The notes under the pieces were generated by a model. It was not told the DNA's origin and made no database searches. It saw only the letters and a list, made by a program, of their open reading frames with translations. Of a stretch of 64,000 bases of DNA, positions 37,349 through 50,929 are shown piece by piece (position 1 is the stretch's first letter; each line of letters opens with the position of its first letter). The position numbers and the translations under genes were made by a program. This stretch comes from Psammoneis japonica. Lineage: Eukaryota. The DNA lies in assembly GCA_008632985.1 (NCBI GenBank), contig QPGO01000247.1, positions 1-64,000 on the forward strand, in the 5' to 3' direction.

Positions 37349-40214
37349 ATGTCTGACTGCTTCTCTTCCGGGCTCGACGACGCCACTTTTGTCAACCTCG
37401 CTCGCACGCTCGAGATGGATGTTGTTTCTCCATTCTCGGCGCAGTCTCCTTCGTCGTCTGCTCCTCGGGCCCCGCCGTCTGCGATGGGTCATCAAGGGGG
37501 GCTGGCGGATTTGAACCCTTCCCTCGGGGGGTTAAATCTGGGTGGTGTGACCGATGACATCGGACATTCGGACATTGAGCGAGTGGAATTGGGGGAAGTC
37601 TCTTCCCCTGACCCGGGTGACGGGTTCCAGTCCCAGGTGGGACTCCGTGTGACATTGGGCCCGTAGAATTCTACGTGCGAGCTCCGTAGTACGAGAATTT
37701 AATTGATGGACACATTTGTCTTCAACATCAAATAAACTGCCAAGTTTGTGGCACAATTATGCCTCTTGCCACTCGACGTTTTTGCAAATGCGCCTGCCCT
37801 GCGCGATTCTTAAGACATTGTAGAATCGCGCTGTAACAAAAAATGTCAAAAGTTGTTGGACGGATCGCTCAATAAGTGCACCGTAAAATGACACAAAATG
37901 TCGAAAAAATCACGTAGAAATCTACGTGCGCGACATGCGACGTGATTCAAAAAACTGTCGATGTCACAGTTCAGCAGTGCGAGGTCCCACCTAGACCTGG
38001 AACGCGTCGGGTTCGGCTTTCAATGCCCTGCCATCTAGAGCAGGCGAGGGTGCGGAAGAGCGTGCACCCCGTGTTGATTTCTTCGCGCCAAAAGATGAGG
38101 GAGCACCCCGAGGTGCCTCAGGAGCGAAGGAGGAAGGTGCGTCTCCTTCGTCTGATGCACCTCGTTTTCATGTCGTTTGGATGGAGGGCACCGATGACTC
38201 TCGCTGCATGGGGGTTGTCGGAGGAGGTGCCACTTTTTGTTTCAAGAAAGCCACGGACTGCAAGGTCAAGCACAAAGGCTCCAAAAAGGTCCTCCCTTCT
38301 AGCGGCATGGTGTTGATTCTGAAGACACCAGACACAGCGTTTTGCCAACCAACGTTGGACGGATCGTTTGTGTCGGCGGATTTGTTGGTAAAATGGGAAT
38401 CCACTGCTGATGCCATGGCGGGATGGTGCCAGAAATTCCTTGTTCTGTCAAACAGCGAAACCAACTGTCCAACCGAAGACGAGTTCGGTGCCTCCTTGAA
38501 GGAGCACAAGGAAGCAGCCGCTTGCAAGACCCCAGCCAAGAGGAAAGACCCCCTTGACGAAAGTTTCCCGGGCCCATCGTTGGCCCGATTCTTGCCTCAT
38601 AAGCCAGTGATCTCCACCACCCCATCCCAGTTCCTTGCAGCGAACAAGAGCCCGGCTGCCTTGGCTCGCGTGGTCCAATCCCTTGAGCGGAGCATGATGG
38701 AGACGGGCGAGATGGTCACTGACTTGGGATGCAAGGCCTGCGGTCGGTTCAAGGAGACGGACTCACTTGTCAACGTGCTGAGCAGAAAGCTGGAGCAGCT
38801 TGATGCTTCCCTCGGTTCACCTCCACCTGAATTTGACCAGCGCGTGGAGGCTCCGACAATTTGGGGTGCACTCGCCAACCTGACAACCGTCGATGTTTCA
38901 AGTCGACACTCCTGGGACTTCTCGTCCGAGTTGTCGTGCATGGAGAGCAGCATTCGGGCTGGTTCCAACACACTGGCATCGAACGTTAACGCCACAGTTC
39001 AGGGTTTATGAGCCCAAATGTCTGGGCTGGCTGCGAAGCGGGACATGGACTCTCTAAGAGCCGGGGTGTTGAGAGTGTGCAATCAGCTCGTGGTTAGAGT
39101 CCAAAACCTGGAGAACTCCGGAGTTCCTGGCACGACAGGCCTGGGTGGGGCCTTGGGGACTGGAAACTCTGGATCACTTGAAGACCAGGTTCGAGACCTC
39201 GGCCAAGCTGTGAATGAGTTGAAGTCTGAGTCTGACTCATCGGCAATCAAGTTCTCGGGAGTCGGAGCATCGTCCTTTGGGGAGTGCCAGGCCTGGATGG
39301 TCCAGCACTTCTCGTCAAGAGTGCATGGTTGTCTCACGGACGCCAACCTGCTCTTGGACCAGATTGTGGGCACCGAGCCCGCAGCACTCCACCATTTTTT
39401 GGCAGGCTTGTCAAAGCGCATGGATTTGAAGATTGGCACAGAAGAGGACGCGAGAACTCTGGCAAGCTTCCAGTGCAGCATGCCGAGGATCCTCGATTCG
39501 GGCTCGGCGAAAGGTGCCCAGTCGCCTGGTCTGCATCCTTCATTCCTGGACAAGGTCCCGACGCACGACCACTGGACGACTGGGTCAATGGGGACCAAAC
39601 ACTTCATCATGGAGAAGATTGGCACAATCGAGACGAACACGTTGAGTGACATTGCTCAGAGAATCCCAGGCGGATCGTTCGAGGGACAGGTGGTTCAAGA
39701 TGCGCTGTCTAAGTTGGTGGCCTTCGTTCGCGGATTGATCCAATTTATGGACGAAACACACGAAAACTTAGTCCAGCTGAGCAAGTTCTCACACAAGCAG
39801 GCGTGGTCTTTGTCATCAAAGCTGGTCCACCGTATTTTCGACGACCTCAACCAGGTTCGGTCTGGGGTTTTTACTTCAATCACGGGCACGGATCCGGACG
39901 CAGTGTGCAGCCAAATCCTTTGGGTGGTTTTTCGAGTGCAGGATGTGATGGCGGAGCACACGGCCCCAAACTTTAGGGACCACCCATCGATGGCCTCAGA
40001 GCATGTCAAATTCCTTGCAACAAATTCCGGATTCGAAGCAGCAACGGCACTTCAAGCTGCAGTGGCTATGTTGACCGACAAGGCAAAGAACGCGGGGACG
40101 GAGGCAAAGTCGGCGCAGGCACGAGTGGATGCGGCCCATCAGGAGGTCAACAAGTTAAAGACGGAGCTGAAGGAGGTGAACAGGCGTCTCAAGGCGTTAG
40201 AAACCAAGAAATGA
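37349..40214 (+). pseudogene. ORF1 (gag-like) of the YR retroelement, interrupted by MITE C and by an in-frame TGA at 39009
   Basis: Removing 37619-38012 fuses frames 37349 and 38181; Cys/His cluster C...C....C...H; coiled-coil C-terminus. Confidence 0.8.
37619..38008 (+). mobile_element. MITE copy C (390 bp; same TIRs, different interior), 4-bp TSD gggt, TpA retained
   Basis: TIRs; TSD at 37615-37618 and 38009-38012; excision restores the gag frame. Confidence 0.95.
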
Positions 40215-42663
40215 AACCCAATGGGGGAGGAGTCACCACCGGAGGAAAAGACAGGGCTTGTCATTCGCGGTCGCAAAGCATTTTCTTTCCACGGATCTTG
40301 CCTGATTACATCTGCCAGTCCCCCCACTTGGCTTCTGGCCCTGAGGTGCTCCGAATGGCCTCGTGTTGTCTTGTGTTGCGGTGATGATCCACCATCCCCG
40401 TTGACCAGAGTTCTAAAACTAGTGACGTCGTGTTCATCTCTGGAGACCCTGGATTTTTGGAAAGGATCTCACGGTTGGAATGCAAATCTCCGATGTGCTT
40501 GGTTCCGGTCGGACAGTTTTCAAGACGTAGCTTGAAGGGACTGCACCACTTGTCTCATGCCACCTTCACCCATGCGGGAGTTGGAGGTGTTGCGACATTT
40601 CACACGTCCTTTTTGAGCATTGGTGCATCGCTCCCGGACTCGACTCGAGGGTTAGACCGAACCATCGGCCACATTGTCGACTGCAAGTTGGAGGGACTCC
40701 CGACTTCCCCGGATCCCTCGGGTTTGGTCTATGAGGAGAACGACCGGTTGAGTCCTCAGAACACTGGACGACCCGTCTTGTGCCAATCGCATCGTTCATC
40801 AACGGGGTGGGTCCTGCGGAAATTGAGCGGGGATGATCTCCTTGCCGCGTGGGATTTTCCTCTTCGATTTCGGACCCAGGATCTGTTGGATTTGACATCT
40901 GGTGACAGCTTGAGATTGCCAGTGCCTCTCAATCTTCTCACCACTGTCACGGACCATTTTATTGCACTGCGCTCAAAGGGCATGTCCCACGCCTCACTTC
41001 CGGTCCCTGGGCCCACATCAAGCATGGTCTTTGCCCCGGCAACTGCCACATGGTTGCCTGGTTTGGGGCAACACCTGTCGCATGACTGGGCAGATCTGAC
41101 TCTCATTGCGGCCAAGGCGGCGAAAGGGGATTCCGCCCTCCCGCCATTTCGGCTGTGGGACAAGCGTGTCACCCTCTTGTTCCCAATGTTTGGACCGGTG
41201 CTTCCAGCTCTTTGGGTGCCAGCCCTGCGGTGGTGGCGTCGGCAGCTCACGCACTTGTTCTTGGCACATTTGCGGAGGTGTCATGGCCCTGGATGGGCAC
41301 TTCGCCCAGCAAACTGGCGCCTCCAGTTTGGGGACTCATTGTTGAGTCATCGGGGGGGGCCATGTCGAGACCCACCGCTCCCTCCCTTGTTGTTGGACGG
41401 CAACCTCGGCGCGGATGTTCTCACTCAAACCCTGGCATGTTCGTGGTGGAACTGGGGCCAGGGGTCTTCCCTTTTCTTTTGGCGCTGGCCCTCGTCCGAA
41501 CAACGTCGGGCCGCTCGGGATGGGCTCCCCATCTTCGTACGAGGAACCCTCCCCAGGAATCGCCAGCGGCAATGCATCCGGGGCTCAACCAGCGAAGTTC
41601 AGCGGATGGCAACCAAAATTCAGAAGGTCCGGGACCATGGGTGCATCAAGGTTGGTCCAGTGACAAGTCTTGCCGACCATTTCTGGGCACCTGAGGTGGT
41701 GTCTCTGATCCCAGGTCCCGACGGGAGGATGGAGGAGGTCGTGGAAGACATCAGGATGGTGTGCAACGGCACCTCGTCTGTGCTCAATGACGCCCTCTGG
41801 GCCCCTTCCTTTTTCCTTCCTGCTGCGGCATCGGTGTTGGGGTGCATGACCGACGCAACCTTTTCCATTGATTTGGACCTTGGGGACATGTTCCCAAACT
41901 TTTTCATGGACCCTCGAATTCGCCCATACGCCGGAATTGACCTGTTGCTGTTGCGCACTCATCTCCCCCGTCCGGTGTCTAATGAACCTCCAATCGGCGT
42001 GGAGCGTTGGAACCGTCTCTTTATGGGGATGAAACCTGGCCCTTGCAACGTGGTGCGGTCCCATCACTGGGCGGACGAGGTGGCTCGGGGAGACCCCAGC
42101 TGCCCGGGAAACCCAATGGGGTTTGACAAAGTGTTGCTCAACCTGCCAGGGGATCCTGACTGCAAGGTCCAGGACCCTCATGTCATCAAGTGGAACTCAA
42201 CCTTGGGGATCATTGCCGGAGACATTAAGACCTTTGTTGATGACTTGAGAGGCATGGGTGCCAGTGAAGAACAAGCCTGGCAGGTGGGCCATCAAATGGC
42301 GTCCAGGCTCCAGTGCTTCGGCCTCCAGAATGCTCCTCGAAAGGTCCACCCCCCATCGCAGTGAGAGACGGGTGCCTGGGCGGGGGCAATTTTTCGCGTG
42401 CTTGGTGCAGAAGTCATGCAATCACTCTCACAGGCCAAGTGGGACAAGGCCAAGGGCATGATCGAGACTCTTTTGAGTCACTTTGACGGGATGGACGAGC
42501 TCGCCACCCCTGACTTCGACTTCAAGGATCTCGAGAGGAAACGGGGATTTCTGGTTCATGCAGCCATGACTTGCCCTTTCCCAACCCCCTTTCTTAAAGG
42601 GATTCACCTGACTTTGGACAGTTGGCATCCGAACCGCAAGGCAGATGGATGGGCCATGTCGGG

Positions 42664-42940
42664 TGACAGGATTTGAACAGGATTTAGGTGCGCGCGAAGC
42701 ATCGCGCGCTGTTTAGTTTACCGCGCACAGTTTTGTGTGCTTTAGTTCCGCGCGTTCACGCGCGATGTAGTTTGCTTTCGAGCCACAAGGCTCACAAGAA
42801 CAACAACAGTAGCCCGATTGTGCCGACTCACACGTCTTTCGGCTCCTGTGACGGTCTCTGAGCGGAGACTCATCTGCTGTTTAGACAGCAGCAAGGAGTT
42901 GTTGTTTGAATTCTTGCCATTTGCCTTCATTTTTCTGTCA
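42664..42940 (+). repeat. 5' LTR
   Basis: Matches 49494-49770 with 10 mismatches, all transitions. Confidence 0.97.
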
Positions 42941-43880
42941 GATTAACAGTCTTGCTCATTGTCAACCCATTGAGCAACCGCCATCGTCGTCGTTGATTTA
43001 CCAACGATGCCATTTTTAATTCTGCGTGGACCTCCGTACACATTCTACATACATCGGCAAGTCTACGCGCATTCAATGCCAGGGCATCGGCAGGAAGTTA
43101 ACGTCACCGTCAAGTCTCCTTACCGCTGGATGTCTGGATTGATCATGCCACCTTTGATCACTGAAGACATGCATTCAACGGTCATGTCCAAGTCTGTCCT
43201 TGATCCTCATCCCTTGATGCACCTGTTCATCGGTTGACGGTCAAGAACCCTGCACATTCAAGGATCTTCGTCTCTGACGACATGTGCACACACACATGTC
43301 TTCACGGCCAAGAACCTGTGCCCACTCTTCGGACTGCGGTTTTGCTGCCACTCTACAAGCACACCGAGTCCATTGCACCTGATCTGCCCCGGACTGCTGG
43401 TGCTCTACAGTTCTGCTGGGTCCACGAGGACAACTGTGAGAGCAAGCAGCCGTGATCACAGCCTGCGTTGGGGCGAGGGTGCTTTCCCGCGTTTGTTCGT
43501 TCGTCCACAGCGCCCAACGCCTACGTCAACTGGCCAGCCTGATCGGGAAATCCAACCGACATAAAATGAGAACGGTTCGGGGGTCTTGTCCACCTCTGGT
43601 CAGCTTGCCTGCAGGGGTTTACAACCCGCTACTCCGCTCGTAAGCAACCCAAAGCGCCACCAGCTGCGGGTTCGGACGTGCCGGCACAACTCTACGGACC
43701 GGACAGGAAGTTTAGCACTCAACAACGAACGGGATAACAAAGCCCGGCGACTTCTGATTTTAAGACAGTTCAAGATTTCAAGTCAAGTCCATTTCAAGTC
43801 AAGTCTGTTCTCACCCAAGTTTCGAGTCTACCTTCGCTTCCCAACCAGAATTGATTGTCCTGACACCATTTTTGTCTGCC

Positions 43881-46800
43881 ATGGTTCTCACTCGTCAGCA
43901 ACAAACCGATGGTTTCGAGCACGTGGTTGGAACCGTGCTTGCCCAAGGTGCTGGGAGTCCTCTTCGTTTGGCTTTGGCCCAAGACGGCACGGACTCACAT
44001 CAGGAACTGTTCACGTTCATGCCATCCCAAATCGACTCGCTTGAGCACGACAACGGCACTAATGTGATCCCTTTGCCCCGTGGTTATAAGAACATGTTAG
44101 CAGCACCAGTCAGTCTGTACATTGTTAAAGCACACAAAGGTCTTGACGTTGCCAACGACTCCTCTTTGTTCACGCATGACGAGTTCCTTGCCTGCCGCCT
44201 CAGCCCCGACTGCATGTCTTCTGTGTCCATCGGCAGCTCACCCCTTGCACCTCCACATGTCACCAACCCGACCAAGGCACGCGACCCGGTGCGGGACTTC
44301 AAGCGAGGCATCAAGCGTGATCCCACCGCTTTCACGGCTCTCAAATCCGACAAGCAGTGGCACACTTGGCACACCTCACTTGTGGCACAAGCCCGTGCCC
44401 AAGACGTCGAGTGCATTCTAGACTCGTCGTACAAACCGACCAGCCCCGAAGACAAACTGCTCTTTGCTGAACAGCAAAAGCACATGTTCGCCGTCTTCGA
44501 ATGCATCCTTCTCACCGACAAGGGCAAGGCTCTCATTCGCGAAAATGTGGGGTCTTCTGATGCACAGACCGTCTGCCGCTCCTTGTCTGAGTGCGCGCTT
44601 GCCTCCACCCGCGCATCTGTCGAGTCCTCCACCCTGCTCACGTACCTCACCACCGCGCGTCTTGGTGATGGCACTTGGAAAGGTCCGACCCACGGGTTCA
44701 TCCTTCATTGGCAAGATCAGTTGCGCAAGTGCGAGGCACTCATCCCGGCCAATGACCACTTCTCTGAAGGACAGAAGCGCGTCATGCTCGAGAATGCCGT
44801 GCACCCTGTCGAGGAACTCCGTGCTGTCAAGAGCCAAGCTGATCAGCATCGTACGCAGAGTGGCAAGAGCCTCACATGTGATCAATGCTGTGGCTTGCTC
44901 CTCTCCGCGGCAGCTCAGTGCGACAGCACGTTTCAACCCAAGACGACACCTCGAGCTCCCCGACGCGCCACACACGCACCCGATGTCTGCTCCGAGGAAC
45001 CGTCCGACGATGTGTTCTACGACATTGACAGCGACGTTGACGTCCTTCAAGCCAATGCTGCCTGCACCCGCGGTCCCAGCCTCACCGGTGTCCAATGGAG
45101 ACGTCTCCCTCCCGACCACCAACGGCTCTGGGATTCGTTGCCCGATTCCTCCAAGGCGATCATCCTTGAGCATTCTCGTCCACCTCCCCGCAACCCGCGA
45201 GCCAGCAACTGCCATGAGTCTGTTACGGCCAACCTTCACGACCAACGCCTTGGGAGTGACGGTGATGTCCACTTCTCCAACATGACTCCTGCTGACTCTG
45301 GTGACTCCGCCCCACATGTGGACGCCACTTCGGACAATCCCATCCTGGCGCACCTCACCAAGCGCAAGCCACTGCCACCCGGTGATCTGCAACGTCTGTT
45401 GTCTCCTAACCAAGCCCCCAATGCCAGTCGACCGGGGCCATCCGCCGCTTCCTCTACCCCGCCAGCTTCTGCAGATAACATGGAACTTAACGGCCGCACT
45501 TGCCGCCGCGTTGACAACCACAATGTCATTTGCTCTGCCTCTGCTCATCGATCCACACGCACTGGCGCTCCAGTCGATCGTGGGGCCAACGGCGGCATTG
45601 CTGGCGACGACGTTCGCGTCATTGCACGCACCTCTCGCCAAGTCGACGTTCAGGGCATTGACGATCATCAATTGGTGGACATCCCCATTGTCACCGCTGG
45701 TGCCGTTGTTGAGACCCAGCGTGGTCCTGTCATCGCCATCCTCCATCAGTGCGCATGCACGGGAAAGGGCAAGACCATCCATTCCTGCGGCCAGCTCGAA
45801 TGGTGCAAACAGGATGTCAACGATCGCTCTGTCAAGGTGCCCAACGGCTTGCAACGTGTTGCCACTCCTGATGGCTATGTCATCCCCATTGACATCAAGG
45901 CTGGCCTGCCTTATGTTGCCATGCGACCTTACACTGACGCCGAATGGGACACCCTGCCCCATGTCATCCTCACCGGTGATGACACATGGGACCCTTCCGT
46001 CCTCGATCACTCTGTCACTGACGACGACCAGTGGCACGACGCGATCTCTGACCCACAGGACGATCCCACTGCCAACCTGTTTGACGAATGCGGCAACTGC
46101 CGTCATCGTGTCGTTGTCAATGAGACCATCTTGTCCGCTTCCTTGTCTGCCGATCACGCGTCCGCCCTCGATGATCACCTCATTCCGAACGACGACGTGT
46201 TCTACGAGTGTCATCTGCATGCGATTGCCCCCCAGGGCGATGACGTTCCACCTCCGGAGCGCACTGTACAGCCCAAGGACCCCCCCTTCGAGTCTCTTCG
46301 GCCTTGCTTTGGCTTCCTGCCTGCCGATACGGTCCGCCGTGCTTTTGACTGCACCACGCAGTGCGCCCGCATGCCCGCCGGCACACACCTTCGCAAGGCC
46401 TACAAATCACCCAACCCCGCCCTTAATGTGCACCGCCGCAACGAGCCCATCGCCACTGACACCGTTTGTGCCAACACCCCGGCCGTCGACTCTGGTTGCA
46501 CCAGCGCCCAACTGTTTGTTGGCACCGAGTCTACCGTCACTGACGTCTACGGCACTAAGACGGACAAAGAGTTTGTCAACACACTCGAGGATCAGATCCG
46601 TGCATGTGGTGCCCCATCCAAACTCATTAGCGACCGTGCTCAAGTTGAGATCAGCAACAAAGTGCTCAGGATCCTGCGCGCCCTCTTCATCTCTAGCTGG
46701 CAAAGTGAGCCTCACCAGCAACACCAAAACTTTGCCGAGCGTCGACACCAGACCGTGAAGCGCATGGCGAACACTGTCATGGATCGTTTTGGTTCGCCCG

Positions 46801-49546
46801 CCCACACATGGCTGCTGGCGCTCATGTGCGTGTGCTTCACACTCAACCACCAGCGTCCCCACGTCTCCACTGGCGCATGCCCCTCGAGACTCTCACTGGC
46901 TCCACCCCGGACATCAGCCCATTGCTTCGCTTTCACTGGTGGGAACCCGTGTACTTCCACCTCGATGACTCTGATTGGCCGTCTGAATCCCGTGAGTTGC
47001 GTGGACGCTTCGTTGGCATTGCTGAGCACGTCGGCCACCAGATGACCTTCAAGATTCTATCTGACGAGACTCAGAAGATCCTCTGCCGGTCCAACGTCCG
47101 CTCCGCTGCCCCCGATCCTGCCGTTCGAAACCTGCGTCTTGATCCTCCTGATGGGGAGCCACCTGAACCCATCATCAATCTCGCCATGACGACAACCCCG
47201 TCGACTCTCCTGATGGGGAGATCAGGACACCCAAGATGCCAGTTTTCGATCCGCAAGACATCATTGGACGTACCTTCCTCATGCAGCCACAAGAGGACGG
47301 ACAACGCCACAGAGCTCGCATCGTCAAGGCCGTCGAAGACCACGAATGGAAAGTGAACGGCAATCCCGAGCTCACTAAGTTCGTCTGCTCTGTCAACAAT
47401 GACGAATACGAGGAAGTCCTTGCCCACAATGACATCATGAATCACATTGAGCAAGAAGACGAAGACACCACTGTTTGGAAATTTCGATGCATCGTGTCAC
47501 ACGAAGGACCTCTGAAGCCTCACGACCCAACCTGGAAAGGCTCCAGCTACAACATCATGCTTGAATGGGAAAGTGGGGAGATCACGTCCGAGCCTCTTGC
47601 CATCATCGCCAAGGACGACCCCGTCACCTGTGCCATCTATGCACGAGAGAACGGACTCCTCGACACGGATGGCTGGAAGCGGTTCCGCACCATCGCGAGG
47701 CGCCAAAAGAAGCATTTCGCATGGCCAACCAAGCCAAGCTTCACTCCTTCCGCACTGCACCCCGCCACAAGCATGGATGCGAAGTTCCCCGCAACTACAA
47801 ACACGCCATGTCACTAGACGAACGCAACGGCAACCGCAAGTGGGGAGACGCAACCAATCTCGAGATGGACCAACTCGACGAATACGAAGTCTTCCATGAC
47901 TGCGGGCCCTTCAAGTCTTCCACTCCTCCTGCGGGACACAAGAAGATCCGAGTGCACCTGGTGCACGATGTGAAACACGACGGTCGCCACAAGGCACGAC
48001 TCGTAGCCGACGGGCACCTCACGGACGTACCTATCGACAGTGTCTACTCCGGAGCAGTCTCCCTCCGTGGCCTTCGGCTGATGATTTTCCTGGCCGAACT
48101 CAACGAGTTGGAGACATGGGCCACCGACATTGGCAATGCCACCTTGAAGCCACCACCAAGGAGAAGCTTTACATTGTAGCTGGACCCGAGTTCGGCAAAC
48201 TCGAAGGACACATCCTTGTCATCCACAAGGCACTGCATGGACTGCGCAGCTCCGGTCTCCGCTGGCACGAGCGCTTCGCCGACTGCCTGCGAGCTGAAGG
48301 CTTCTTCCCCTGCCGCGCCGAACCCGACATTTGGATGCGCAGGAACGGCGACCACTGTGAATGCATTGCCGTTTATGTGGATGACCTCGCCATTGCCATG
48401 AAGGACCCTCAATCTTTCGTCGACACTCTCACGGAAAAGCACAAGTTCAAGCTCAAGGGTGCGGGACCCATTGAGTTCCATCTGGGTTGCGACTTTTCCC
48501 GGGAACCCGACGGAACCTTGTGCCTGTCTCCGCGCAAGTACATCGAGCGCATGGTCGACAGCCATGCCCGACTGTTTGGGGAGAAACCTGCCACCAACGC
48601 CCTGTCACCTCTAGAGAAGGGTGACCACCCCGAACTGGACACTTCCGAACTGCTGGGACCCGATGGCATTCACAAGTTCCAGTCTCTTGTTGGTTCACTC
48701 CAATGGGCAGTGTCTCTTGGTCGAATTGACATTGCCACGGCCGTCATGTCACTCTCTAGCTTCCGAGCTGCGCCCCGTCAAGGCCACTTGGATCGTGCCA
48801 AACGCGTCTGTGGGCACCTCTCCAAGATGCGACACGGTGCTCTCCGCGTTCGTACGGAAGAGCCCGACCATTCGGATCTCCCTGCTCCGGCCTATGAATG
48901 GATGCATTCCGTGTGTGGTGAAGCAGAAGAGATGATCCCGAAGGACGCTCCACCGCCCCTTGGCAAGTTCGTCACTGCCACCCACTACGTCGATGCAAAC
49001 TTGCACCATTGCATGCTCACCGGACGCTCTGTCATGGGAATGCTCCACTTCCTCAACAAATTCCCGGCTGATTGGTTCTCTAAGAAACAAGCCACCGTGG
49101 AGACTGCGACCTACGGGTCTGAATTTGTTGCCGCAAGGACTTGTGTTGAGCAGATTGTCGACCTGCGCATCACCCTGCGCCACCTTGGCGTCCCGATCCG
49201 CAACGTTAGTTACATGTTCGGTGACAACAAGTCGGTTGTAGACAGTGCCACCATCCCGCACTCCAAGTTACACAAGCGACACACCGCACTGTCGTTCCAC
49301 CGTGTGCGTGAGGCAATTGCCTCTGGTTGCCTTGAGTTCCACTTCATCGAAGGCTCCCGCAACCCTGCTGACATTCTCAGCAAGCATTGGGGTTGCTCCC
49401 AAATCTGGGACCTTCTCCGCCCCCTCATGTTCTGGAACTTCATTCCATCCGAAGTCGAATCTGTTTCTGTGGCTCCTCAAGCAAACTGGGGAGTGACAGG
49501 ATTTGAACAGGATTTGGGTGCGCGCGAAGCATCGCGCGCTGTTTAG
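43881..49546 (+). pseudogene. Copia gag-pol with frameshifts near 46850, 47190, 47710 and 48140
   Basis: DFKRGIKRD gag; VDRGANGG protease; ISDRAQVE...SEPHQQHQNFAERR integrase; KARLVADGH, YVDD RT; DNKSVV, NPADILSK RNase H. Confidence 0.93.
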
Positions 49547-49770
49547 TTTACCATGCACAGTTTTGTGTGCTTTAGTTCCGCGCGTTCACGCGCGATGCAG
49601 TTTGCTTTCGAGCCACAAGGCTCACAAGAATAACAACAGTAGCCCGATTGTGCCAACTTACACGTCTTTCGGCTCCTGCAACGGTCTCTGAGCGGAGACT
49701 CATCTGCTGTTTAGACAGCAGTAAGGAGTTGTTGTTTGAATTCTTGCCATTTGCCTTCATTTTTCTGTCA
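49494..49770 (+). repeat. 3' LTR
   Basis: Preceded by the PPT and followed by the TSD. Confidence 0.97.
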
Positions 49771-50929
49771 TCGGGTGAGGAACACGCATCGTGGATTCAT
49801 CATGAGGCGGACAAGTTTGGCATCGACCCATGTGAGCTCGCTGATGCTCTTCGACACGGCAAACACCCCGAGTCGGTTCGAGCTGTGCCTCGTTTGTTGG
49901 GGGACTTGAAAGCACTGCAACGAATCCTGGAGCCCGACAAACCAACGGCCAGGGTCATCCGATCGTCTAAAGTGGCAGTGGTTCTGTGCGGATTTGCCGA
50001 TGCATCTGGAAAAGGTCTAGGATCCTCGGTTCAGACCAAGGACGGCGCAATTGTGTTTCGGATTGGCGTCTGGGGCAGTGACGACCAGTCCAATTCTTCG
50101 AACTGGAAGGAGCTGTCAAACACGATCGACTCCATTCATGAGCTGGCTGAGGCCGGCGAGCTTGATGGGGCCACTCTCTACTTTTTTATGGACAACTCCG
50201 TTTCGGAAATCGCCGTGCATGAGGGGACCTCATCTAACCCGAGGCTCCTGGAACAGGTGATTCGGTTAAGAGCGCTCGAGGCCTGGTGCGGCTTCACACT
50301 GCACCTCACACATGTCTCGGGAAAACGGATGATCGCCCAGGGCACAGATGGGGCATCACGTGGTGTCCTGACCAAAGGGGTCATGAACAGGGCTAGAATG
50401 CTTTCTTTTGTTCCCCTGCATCTTGCCGCGACGGAGCGAGCCCCCCCTTTTTGAGTGGATACACTCCTGGGCGGGGTCGCCTCCAGCAGAGCTGTTGTCT
50501 CCGCTGGACTGGTTCCAGAAGGGGCATGACATCTCAGGTTGGGACCACCCTCCTTTCGAAGCAGTCGAGATGCCCTTGTTTTGGTCTGGAACTTGGATTT
50601 GGGCACCCCCCCCAGCTGCGGCCAGAGCGGCCCTCGAGGAACTGCGGATTGCACGTCTCAAGCACCAGGAATCGTTTCACATTTTCGTGTGTCCTCGACT
50701 CATGACACCCGAGTGGCAAAAGCAATTGCGTGAAGCTGCGGACCTTGTGTTTTTGGTGCCGGCCGGAGCCGGGCCGTTTTGGCCCGTCGAGATGTTTGAA
50801 CCCCTTCTCATCGGCCTTGTTTTTCCGTTTGTCTCTCACAGCCCTTGGCAGCTCCGAGGAACCCCAAAGATGCACTCAATGGACCGGACACTGCGAAGAG
50901 TGTGGGAGGATGCTAAAGTGGACGCGAGG

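Larger units (their letters stand above)
42664..49770 (+). mobile_element. Full-length Ty1/Copia (CoDi-like) LTR retrotransposon, TSD tcggg
   Basis: 277-bp TG...CA LTRs; TSD at 42659-42663 and 49771-49775; PPT aactggggag; domain order PR-IN-RT-RH. Confidence 0.97.
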
